Below are positions 11,001-20,800 of a stretch of DNA of 64,000 nt, piece after piece. Location: IMG/VR virus record IMGVR_UViG_3300045988_080466; one strand, 5' to 3'. Below the pieces are notes generated by a model, which was not told the origin of the DNA, searched no databases, and saw only the letters and a program-made list of their open reading frames with translations. The position numbers and the translations under genes are program-made. The stretch's first letter is position 1; the number at the start of each line of letters is the position of its first letter. This DNA comes from a virus.

Positions 11001-12910
11001 GGCTATCTGATACTCATTGGCTCGAAAAAGGCTCTACTGGACGTTATCTACGGCCAAATAAAGAGGAACCTATTGAAACTGTCAGAGGGGATAAATTTAA
11101 ATTTACCACTCCAGTAAGTTCCAGAACTAAACAACATAGTAAGTTATATCAAGATAGTAAAAGAATATACAATAAAAGACAAGCCGATAAATATATAAAT
11201 TCAGTTGAAGACAATTATATGGAACCTTGGTTCAATCCAGGAAGATTCAAGCAAGGTGGAATTATTAAAGCTTCAAATGGAGATAAATTAAAGATTTCCA
11301 ATGTAGTTAGTAATGCTGATTGGGGAACTGATATTTATGGAACAGAAGGATTTAATAACTGGTTAAATAGTTATAATCTTAAGAATTATCAAGACTTTAA
11401 TAACTTACAGAAATCTTATCATGGAAATCTTACTGCTTCTGGCTATAAACCTGGAACTTCTCCAGTAAGTTATAATCAAGGAGTTTATGATAGACAAACT
11501 ACCTTTAATAAAGTAGCTCCTGGAGTTAATGCAGTTATTGAAGGTCTTGCTAAAACTGGCAAGATTACGAGAGCCGGAGTATCAGGAGACAATGCAGCAA
11601 GTAACTTTACTGATGGTTATTTTGGAGGACAAGAATATTTAAGACATGGTGGAATGAGAGGAGTTACCTCTGATGAGCAACTTAAAGCTATAAATGCTTT
11701 AGCAAATAAGAGAGGTCTTGAATATTACATTGATGATGCAACTGGTATGGCTATGTTAAGACCTAGTACTACTTTACAGACTCCAATTGCTCCTAAGTTC
11801 AATACCCAAACTATTGATACATCCAAAGCTGTTATAAATCCTAATACTGGAAAAGTAAGTGGACTTCCTAATATTGGAGGAGCAGCTCCTACGAGAGCTA
11901 ATCCCTCTAAAACAAGAGGAGCTACATCAGGAGGTGGAATTAGACAAATCTTAGGTAACTTAGACCCTACTGCATTTATCCAAGCTGGAAGAATGATGGG
12001 AAATATCTGGAACAATAACAGAGTTGCAAAGAAAACCAAAGAAGGATTAAAACCATTATTACTTGATACTTATGAGACTCCAAGACAAATAGTAGGAGAC
12101 TTAGCAACAAGACAGGCTTATAATGAAAGAGCAGCAAACTTAGAAAGTCTTGCAGCAAAACCAAGAACATCTGATGCTTCTTTACAATTGGCAGGAGAAT
12201 TAGCAGCTAATTCACAAGCTAATCAAATGAGAGCAGAGGGAGCTTTAGCTGATAACGATATGATTCGTAGAACTGGTGAAGCAGCTTGGCAAAACAATGC
12301 AGAAGCAGTTGCAAGAAGAAATGAAGTTGCTAATAGAAATAGAGCTTCTATGCTAGGAATTGATAAAGCTAAGAAGGATATCGATGCAGCAAGAATGTCT
12401 GCAAATTGGACTTCTTTAGAAAACTTTATGAAGGAAAGAGAGTATAAGGCTACTATGGATAGAGACAGACAAAGACAATTTGACCTTAATGTTGGAATGA
12501 GTAACATTCAAGCAGGTACAGAAGCTAGACTTAAACCTCTTAGAGATTACTTAGAACAACAGAGTTTAAAAGGGGTTGATATTAGTACTCTTCCGCAATA
12601 CAAACAATACTCTGACCTTATTGAGAGTCTAGGACGTGAAAATGTTCAAGCACAAAATCAATTATATTCAGATGTATATGGATTAAGAATGCCTAGAGGA
12701 CGTTGGCCACCCATTATTAGAAAAAGAGGAGGACAATTAACTTATGCTGAACGTTCAAAACTTCAAGCACAAAAAGACACCTTTAAAGCTAAGACTGAAA
12801 ATGCTAAACTCTTTCAAAAGAATATAGAAAAAACAATAGATACAAATATAAAAATGATTAATAATCTATCATCAGTATCTAAACAACTTATAATTAAGTC
12901 AATGACATGA
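8093..12910 (+). CDS. giant tape-measure-like/ejection protein (1605 aa)
   Basis: ATG at 8093 (MSQAIKKLSNGGG) is preferred; the track start at 8045 lies inside the terminator hairpin. There is a central ~95-aa Gly/Ala hydrophobic block (aa ~683-777) and a C-terminal Ala/Asn/Arg-rich helical region. The motif K-x-GGIIKA occurs twice. Confidence 0.65.
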   Translation: MSQAIKKLSNGGGVSQTEQKPKEETPQVRTFKLGEREIETGSLLRNADSNLESYLESTGWSSKKKNAFRETYGKYLQGINSGTISSRDVGRNWIDSTGQLTNTSGKGFDANGAVAHYLDSIADAIPDYVKEEKVQPTVTKKSLNFSAGLNKSLLDKFFGGNRYNQSVWYSRDALDETTKKRGITNRLKDFSSQFNSYADSLLNDPEFDTKYDLSNTAFKNKDEFRNKIEQAKAALSNDKFGDDDWRALAELGIDPEGYRGWFGDVDDATAQQQAVKKDNYKGTPLEDLSKANTKLTDAGFLARTDEKGNIFYLNPDGTEIKNGVIGEEFNPKTDSLAGWFRVNGNIYNPSEYANWSPEVKNAYNIILNQQDDKNIYDDPVYGELKDKYGYSHVADASLFFDNFNGELVKAYTRPTVENPTGSKSQYFLNKNGKFTPVNVTYNDILGEWVANDNGTTIRLGKQREAGTQPISGSDAKVGFNKVRQFTFSGKDAYTQDNILGLLRRLGDNPNLANDARYRSFIQGLFLPGLLDSMKSEEGIPLTDLIKEGRIDFRLLPNETKRGLRILRDSQGRVTNLTFDTGDGPHSSGSPLGGTGWKGFKPIKTDYNASPLKRKEGGIIKAQWGVSTDYIVDRRKPAVELNEEEKKLNKKATDSYDKTQSIKFDNKDLTDAGGIIKTSDRVKMGAAMADLLSAGLGFVPGANIASAGIGAASSLAEFGADVSDGLEWGDVGNLALNLGMDAVSLIPAMKSIKAAKAMGKLAKFVPLIATAIGASTLFNDQERESLTSSLKKVTSGNVKDLSTDDFKNLATISRVVLGGKNFLKSQDGKIMSRLRGTKRAPSTKQEISVVVKGRENPIKVQVNNADIEGKDANYIQDLAKKKAKKILADEGLVEKNIPDDALSVETKGTDKWYKGSLLNKKRVPTKKVPGFEYSKPNWAQRHLVPQSSETPKNFGQFWGMRGINPNGRLGWLSDTHWLEKGSTGRYLRPNKEEPIETVRGDKFKFTTPVSSRTKQHSKLYQDSKRIYNKRQADKYINSVEDNYMEPWFNPGRFKQGGIIKASNGDKLKISNVVSNADWGTDIYGTEGFNNWLNSYNLKNYQDFNNLQKSYHGNLTASGYKPGTSPVSYNQGVYDRQTTFNKVAPGVNAVIEGLAKTGKITRAGVSGDNAASNFTDGYFGGQEYLRHGGMRGVTSDEQLKAINALANKRGLEYYIDDATGMAMLRPSTTLQTPIAPKFNTQTIDTSKAVINPNTGKVSGLPNIGGAAPTRANPSKTRGATSGGGIRQILGNLDPTAFIQAGRMMGNIWNNNRVAKKTKEGLKPLLLDTYETPRQIVGDLATRQAYNERAANLESLAAKPRTSDASLQLAGELAANSQANQMRAEGALADNDMIRRTGEAAWQNNAEAVARRNEVANRNRASMLGIDKAKKDIDAARMSANWTSLENFMKEREYKATMDRDRQRQFDLNVGMSNIQAGTEARLKPLRDYLEQQSLKGVDISTLPQYKQYSDLIESLGRENVQAQNQLYSDVYGLRMPRGRWPPIIRKRGGQLTYAERSKLQAQKDTFKAKTENAKLFQKNIEKTIDTNIKMINNLSSVSKQLIIKSMT

Positions 12911-14823
12911 AAGTAGAACCGATAGTAAAGATGCAGAGTGGGGGTGGTATGCCCCCATTCACTTATTATACACCACTTGGGATGCAAGATACTACAAATG
13001 TAGGTGCAGCAGAGCAACCTCAAGCTGTACAGCCAAGTACCAAAGAAGAGGGAATCACTGACAAGGATTTACTTAAAATGGTAGATAACATTGATGGATT
13101 ACCAAGTGACACTAATGAGATAATTAAAAACTTAAGTTGGCTTTATAAACAAGACAATCTATTTAGTAAGGGGAAAATTAATTCTTCTTCAATATCTTCA
13201 AGATACCTTCAGGCATTAAGGCAAATTAAAAATGCTAACTTTAATAAAAAAGAATACGATTCTGCATTAGAAACTGTTAAAGCTAATGGGGGATTAAATG
13301 AGGTTGCTATTACAACTACTGGAAATGTGGTTGTTCAAGATACAGAGGGAGATATTAAACAAGTATCTACTGATGAGTATTTAAACAATAGAGATAAATA
13401 CTTTGCTCTTAAAAATTCTGACTTGCTTTATATAAGAGCTCACTCTGATGAAATGGCTAATAAGAATGATATATTTAATACAGTTAGAAATGGCATTGGC
13501 ATATCAGCTATTAACAAGATAATTCAAGGAGCAATGGGTAAGTTGGGAACTATGTCTATATCTAAAGAAGGGTACTCTTATAAAAAAGAGGGAAATATTA
13601 TACAAGGTATGGAATATATAAACAACATTGTAAATGAAGGGGCTGACCTTTCAGGTATGGGCTTAGACGGAGTTTACAAAACTGGACTCTTAAATAAGAA
13701 TCAATATCAAGCTGCAAAAGCGGCAGTTCAATATATTTATGATACATTAGACCCAAATGCTATTACTTTATTAGAGGTTAAATCTGGAAATACAGAGAAT
13801 CCTAAGAAAGGAGCATTAGACTTAATAACTCAACTAATAGCATCTCAATTAGATACTACTATTGAAACTACTCAAAACTATGAAGAAAAACTTACTGGAA
13901 CCATTAGTGGTACTGGAGATGGTGGAAGTGGTTCGAGAAATGATTTAAAACAACTCGATGCAATTGTAAATGGTCAATCTACTGTACAGAGAGATTATAC
14001 TTTGAATCCTCACTCTAATTATCAATATACTACATCAGCCAATTGGTGGGCAGAACCCCAAGATGTTAAAACAGGAGAAGGATTGGGAATGAACACTCTC
14101 GATACAATATTGAAGAGTGCAGGTTATGGTTCAGCAGTTTTACAGAACTCTGTTTATTTTGGTGATAATAAAGTAGACCCGACTCAATTTAATAAACTTG
14201 TATATGACCCGTCAGAAGGAGTTGCACAAGTATGGCTACCTTATACTAATACACCAAATGGTGGAATTGCTCCCAATCTTGGAATTATTAGCATTATAGA
14301 AAAAGTTGAGGATGATTTAAGAAGAAAAGGTAATGTATCTGATGTAGAAAGAAGACAAGCTTATGAAGCAGCAGGAATAGGCCCATTCTGGGATGCCATG
14401 CAGAATCCACAGTCTGCTTATGAAAGAGGATTACTAAGACCATTCATAGCAATGACAGGAGTTGCTTCTGATGATGAACAGAGTGGAATAGTAAACGAAA
14501 ATGAGAGTGTTGATAAACTTAGCAGAGACGAAAGAAAACACTGGAAGGATGCTGCTATGAAAATTATAAATGACCCTGCCAGAAATGGTAATAAGAAAGG
14601 AGACTATGACTTCGATTCTTGGTGGGAATGGGAAATATTTGGAAATGTTTCAGATATGTATAGAGGAACTATTTATATGCCAATGTCTGGTGACTATGTA
14701 AGTTCAGCAGCTAAAACTGGTAATATTAATCTTCCTAAATCTACATTTGATGCTAACAGGCTAATTAGAGAAGGTCAAATTGCTAATAACAGAAGACCTC
14801 TAGTAAAAACAAATTTTGATTAG
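12907..14823 (+). CDS. virion protein (638 aa), function unknown
   Basis: ATGA overlap with the upstream stop. The N-terminus MKVEPIVKMQSGGG is nearly identical to that of the 7720 gene. Confidence 0.65.
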   Translation: MKVEPIVKMQSGGGMPPFTYYTPLGMQDTTNVGAAEQPQAVQPSTKEEGITDKDLLKMVDNIDGLPSDTNEIIKNLSWLYKQDNLFSKGKINSSSISSRYLQALRQIKNANFNKKEYDSALETVKANGGLNEVAITTTGNVVVQDTEGDIKQVSTDEYLNNRDKYFALKNSDLLYIRAHSDEMANKNDIFNTVRNGIGISAINKIIQGAMGKLGTMSISKEGYSYKKEGNIIQGMEYINNIVNEGADLSGMGLDGVYKTGLLNKNQYQAAKAAVQYIYDTLDPNAITLLEVKSGNTENPKKGALDLITQLIASQLDTTIETTQNYEEKLTGTISGTGDGGSGSRNDLKQLDAIVNGQSTVQRDYTLNPHSNYQYTTSANWWAEPQDVKTGEGLGMNTLDTILKSAGYGSAVLQNSVYFGDNKVDPTQFNKLVYDPSEGVAQVWLPYTNTPNGGIAPNLGIISIIEKVEDDLRRKGNVSDVERRQAYEAAGIGPFWDAMQNPQSAYERGLLRPFIAMTGVASDDEQSGIVNENESVDKLSRDERKHWKDAAMKIINDPARNGNKKGDYDFDSWWEWEIFGNVSDMYRGTIYMPMSGDYVSSAAKTGNINLPKSTFDANRLIREGQIANNRRPLVKTNFD

Positions 14824-14826
14824 AAT

Positions 14827-17800
14827 ATGGAAAATGTACAACAAAACGATTGGTTTGCAACGATACTATACAATCCAGACAAAGACTTTAAAAACTTTAA
14901 AGAAGCTGGATTAGATGCAGCTAATACAGGTTTAAAAGATAGAGAATCATATAAAGATATACAGGCAGTGCAAGACCAATTCAAGGATGCTGAAGGTAAT
15001 TTTGATGAAAAATTATATAATCAGTTCTATGATAGCGCTGTAAGAACATATAATACTTTTGTACAAGGAAACATTGAAGATACATTCCTTCGTAATATGG
15101 TTAAAAGCCCGTTAGATATTTTATCTGACAGAAGTACTCCATCTCAAAAACCTTTGTTTATTGTACAAAAAGTATCTAATCCTACTCTTAAATCACAAGG
15201 TATTAATAGCTTATTTGGAGAAGGTAAAGCTCTTAGGTCTTACAGAGAAGCAGCTCAAACTCAAAGAGTTGTAGACTATAAAACTGGAAAAGAGCTTGAC
15301 TGGACTCCAGACGATGATGATAAGAGTGGATTCTTCGATTTCATGTTTATAGAACCATTAGTAGAAGCTAAGTGGGAAGAAGATGGATATCACAAAGACG
15401 AATATGGTAGAGACATCAAGCACTTTGCGGGAGACTATAAACTTAATGCAAATGGTATGCCATATTATGAAACTCTAGGAGATAGAGATGCTGCCAATAA
15501 GAGTTTCTTGCACTGGACTGATACATTGACTACTACTGGCTCTAAATGGGATAAATATAATTTCTTAGCTTCTGACGGAATTGATAAGAGCGTGGCAGGA
15601 ACTACTGCAAAAATGATTGCTACTATTGCCCCATTATTTATTCCTTATGTAGGACAGGCTTATGGTATTGCTACTGCATCTGCATATTTTGGTCAAGCAT
15701 TGGCAGTATTTGGTAAGACTGTAATTGATGCTATCGGAGATGATACTGCTTCTAAAAAGCCAGGTCTATGGCAGTTCCTTAATAAAATTGACTCTTCAGT
15801 TAGAAAGTTTGATTCATCTGTAAGTGACGCAGGAAATCAAGGAATGTTCAATTATGAACAATTTGCAAACTTAGTAACTGATGTAGTAGGTCAACTTTAT
15901 CAACAAAGAAGTATTGCTAAAATCCCACAATGGATTGGATGGGATGCTAGAAGTGCTAAGAACTCTAAAGCCTTTGTAGAAGCACATAATGCTGATTATT
16001 TAAAGAAATATGGAAAAACTCTACGTCAAGCTATTAAAGACGGAGATGTTGCTTCTGACTATACTAAATTAGTAAACAATGATTTACTAAATGCAATTAC
16101 TGCAAAACAGGGAACTATAAACAGCTTTGCCAAGAATGGTTCTCAATTCTACATGGCTATGACTCAATCTAAAGACATGTATGACACCTTTAAAGAAAAT
16201 GGGTTTAGTGATGTCACTACTGCCATTGGTATGGGTGCTGCATTATATGGATTTAGTAAGCTGTTTAATTCCTCTCTTGGAGAAGTGGCTCTTAGTGGTT
16301 TAGGTCTTGATGATTTAAAACAAGCTAATAAGAGACTTATTAGAGAGTTTACCAAAGAGATGAAACCTCAACTTGAATTAGTTGAAAAAACATCCTCTAA
16401 CATTACTAACTCCGGAAAAATTAAATGGATTAAAAATCTAGGTGAGAAATTCAAAGGCTTTTATGAAAAACATTTAGTAAATGACCCAGAGGGCTGGATT
16501 GCCAATTCTGTTAAGGAATCTATTGAAGAAGTATCAGAAGAAGCATTGCAGGATGTAATATTCGAAAGTAGTAATGTAATTGATTGGACATTTAACAAAC
16601 TTGGATGGACTCAAAAGGGAGGTAATTATGAGTTTACTCAAAGTAATCCTTTAGAAAGATACTTAATGTCAGCTCTTGGGGGTGCTGTGGGTGGAGCTAT
16701 CTTCCCTGCCATTACTAAAATGGAAAATATTAAAGATGGAGTTCCTAATATCCAAAAGAATATTCCTGAAAATCTAGCCATAGATATAGCTACTATGATT
16801 AGAAATAATGGAGTTCAGAAATCGGTTGATTTATTAAAGAAAAGTATTGATAAGGGAGAAGTAGGTTCTACAACTCTATCCATGACTTTATCTACTAACA
16901 CAACTGATGACGGGCGAGTTTATTATGAGCCAGCTAAGAAAAGAGAAGATAGCCAAAATAATATTGTAGGTAATATCTTAATTAATTATCTGTATGCGGT
17001 AGACTCTGTAATCAACAATGAAGGATATAATCTGAAAGACGATGAAGTTGTTAATAACTCATTAATGAAAGATTTCAGATTAAAACAACTTGCTGATACT
17101 GGAGTGGGAGAAGAAATTCTTTATGATTTCCAGAAACAATTACAAGGTCTTATTACAGCAGCTATAGAACTAAAGAGCGCATCAGAAAGTTCAGAAGTGA
17201 GCAAAATTAAGCAAAGATATGATGAATTTAAACAGAGAGTAGATGATACTTTATCTGGAAAAAGAGCAGGAGAATATGCTGAAATGATGGCATATAAATT
17301 AAATAGAGGATTAATGTCTCCATTTGCCGCTCCTGATATCTATGCTTATTCAAGATATGTAAGAGGTATTAACTACGCTACTGCAACAGAACAGCAAAAG
17401 AAAGACCTAGAAGCTGACTACGAGAAATATACTCAATCAGACCAAAAAGAAAAAATAAATCTTGGTTATGAAATATTTAAGAACTTAAAAGCTGAAACAG
17501 CTGAACCTATTCTTAGATATAGAGACTCTCAAATATATAAATATAAGTCTCAATTATATGATGTAATATCTAAACTTAATGATTCTCAAAACATTTCTAA
17601 ACTTAGTGATACAGAAATTGCTGAATATAAGGAAGAAGTAAGAAATGGAAGAAGCGATGACCAAATTATTGCTGATGCCAATCTTAATCCAGAGGAGAAT
17701 GTATATAGTGCTCAACAGAAAGCAAAAATAGTTGATTCTTATCTTGAAAGAGAAATTTGGAACTCAAATCCAGGAAGTGATAAAAAACATCCAAAGCCTT

Positions 17801-20800
17801 TTGGTAAAGCATATGTTCAGAATCTAAAAAATATGTTGGAGAATATGAAACAACATATGAGTATAGGTGTAGACCCAATTCTTAATCAGAGAAGAACTGG
17901 AGAGTTACAAGTCTTATTTGAATCAATAAACAACATAGTTCAATCTACTGGCTTTATTGATGCAGAGACTAAACAAATGATTGATACAGTTAAACAGAGC
18001 TATAATAGGTTTAGTCCTGAAAATTTTGTAAATAGACTTACAATATTCATGGACCCATTTAAGGGATTTACTTTCGAAGACTCTTATTACAACGATGTTC
18101 TTACTAGCAATTCTACTTACTTAGGTAAGATAGATGAAGTAGACCCATCCATTGTTGAAGAACTTGGAGATTCAAAGGGAGAGTATGTATTTGAGGACGA
18201 AGAAGGATATTATGCCCTAACTCAAAATGAAATGCAGAATGTGTTCATGGATATGTTTACTACAGAGTTTACTGGAGCTAACTCAGAAGAATTGCTTGGA
18301 GGAATCCTAACTGATGGAAATATAAATGAAAACTCTTTAAATTCTTCATTTAAAAAGAATCCTGACTTTTCTGTATTTAATAAACAATTACTTGAATATC
18401 TAAATTTAGACGCTGACAGAATTGGTTTATTAGGAGAAATTGATAAAATGTCTACTGCTGCTCTACAGGATAATCCTGTATGGGATATGTTGGGAAGACT
18501 ATCTACTAACCTTATTGGTGAAGATGTATTTAAATTACTAAAGGCAGAAGAAGGAGACTACAAAAGTACAGCTTCTTTGTATGACTACGTAATCAGTAAT
18601 GAACTTACTAGGGAGCAACTTGAAACCGCAAATACTGCAACTCAAATATTAAGTCACTCTATCATTCCATATCTTACTGGAAATGAAGGAGTATTTAATA
18701 TGATTGATATTGCCAATCAATATAAGAGAAACATGGGAGCTCAAGAAGATGTTCCTTTAACTCAAGAAGAAGCTCAAACTATTCAAACTGAATTACAGAA
18801 CATTCAACAAAAGATTGCATGGTTACTTGCAGTTAATGATATGAATAGTGGTAGTAAGACAGTTGATAGTAGTAAAACTATGGGAAGACTAAACAGTATG
18901 TTTGCACTTATATTAAGTGGGAATACCGCTGATTCTACTTTATCAAGACTAAAGAATCTAAGCTATACTGATGCTGATGAGAATGAACAAACATTCATTG
19001 AAGAAGATTTACTAACTGGCGATGAACTCGTTAAACTACAAGAGATTATCGCTAATGGTAAGAATGATGAAGAATCTCTAAGATTCTCAAATGAGACATT
19101 ATTAAGAGTTAGTAAGGCTTTATATGATAAATTCTCTGGACTTACATCTGAACAGAAAGAAGAAATTATAGGCAAAATAGCTGGAACTGATATTATTGAT
19201 TATAATGACTATGGTGCATCTAAATTCAAAAGAAATAGTACATATCAAGACATTAAAGGTATTGACCTTGCTACTTATCTGTTAAGTATTCTGGCAGTTA
19301 ATCCGGAAGAAATGCAGAGTGTGTTAAGAAAAGCTATTATTAGCAATCCTTCTCATGCTCCGTTCTATAATCAGATGTTTAGTGCCCAAGAAATGTTTGC
19401 CTTATATAAGAATCCTGTATTATTCAATAAATTCTTACAGAAAACTTATGAGTTTAAGCCTATTCAAAATAAAGAGTTCTATACAAAGAATACCTTTACT
19501 AAGAATATAATTACTGTACTAGGAGGGGCTGGGACAGGTAAATCAACTGGTGTTGCTAAGGTAGCTTACAACATGATAAAGATTGATAACCCTGATGCTA
19601 CTGTAATGGTATCTGGACCTAAAGCTGACGTAGGAGAAAGACTTGCTGCCACATTAGGAATTGATAAGAGCTATGACAGACTTCAATTATGGCAAGCATT
19701 ACTTACCGAATCTGGTTGGGAAAAGGTAAAGAAAGCAATTTCCGAATTTAGAAATCCACCAGAAGAAAAGGGAGAAACCCCTTATTTAGTAGACGGAAAT
19801 CCTGAAATATATAATCAAAACTTCCTAACCGAAGAAGATGTAAATATTGCAGCTTTACCTGATGTATTATTTGTTGATGAGTTTACTCACTTCTCTGGTA
19901 TAGAAATGCAAATGCTTGCCAGCTTAAGCAAGTTTGTCGACAAGGATATGGTTATTTATGCCCTTGGAGACAATAAGCAAGAAGGAGTAATCAACCCAAG
20001 AAATGGAGAAGAACTTGATTTAACTGGAATGTATTTTGGAACTCCTGTACTTACTTCAAGTATTAGAGCCAACAATGTTCATAAAAAAGATAATTTGGAT
20101 AAAGTATCTTCAATATTGTCTGAACTTATTGATAAAGAACAAGACAGTCAACTTAATGGAACTCAATTAAACATCAAGTCTACAATGAGGGACATTAGAA
20201 GTAAGTCTTTATTAAAGTATTATGAGCTTAAAACTGATAAAGAAATAATTCTTCATGGAGATAAGCTAGTAGATGAAAATGAACTAAATGTTGATTATCT
20301 ACAAGGACTTATTAATAACCTAAAGGAGGGGGAAAGAATTGCCTTAATTACTGATAATGTTCTTTCAGACTTTAGAAAAGATGTATTTCATCAATTTGAG
20401 GAAAAATATCCTGGACAAGTAGTAGTAAGAGATTCAAGAGACGTTCAAGGTTCTGAATTTAAATATACTATTGTCGATGTTAACTGGACTGATACAACCA
20501 ACCAGAATACATTTATTAAAGATTTAAAGTATTTCTATACTTTAATGAGTCGTTCAGCTGATGGTAACTTAATAGTTAAAAAGAACTATAATATGGTTGC
20601 TAAATCAGATAGGGCTTCTACAACAAGTACTTCTGAACTTAAGGCTGATGACATTGACGGATATAAGAAATTAATCCTTAGTGTTTTAAAGGATGTTAAG
20701 CCAGACACAGAAGAAGTCCCGGTGGCTACAACAGAAGGAGAAGAAGTAGGAGAAACAATTCCAGCTACTCCGGAAGAAGTTCCTGCAACTGACGGTAACA

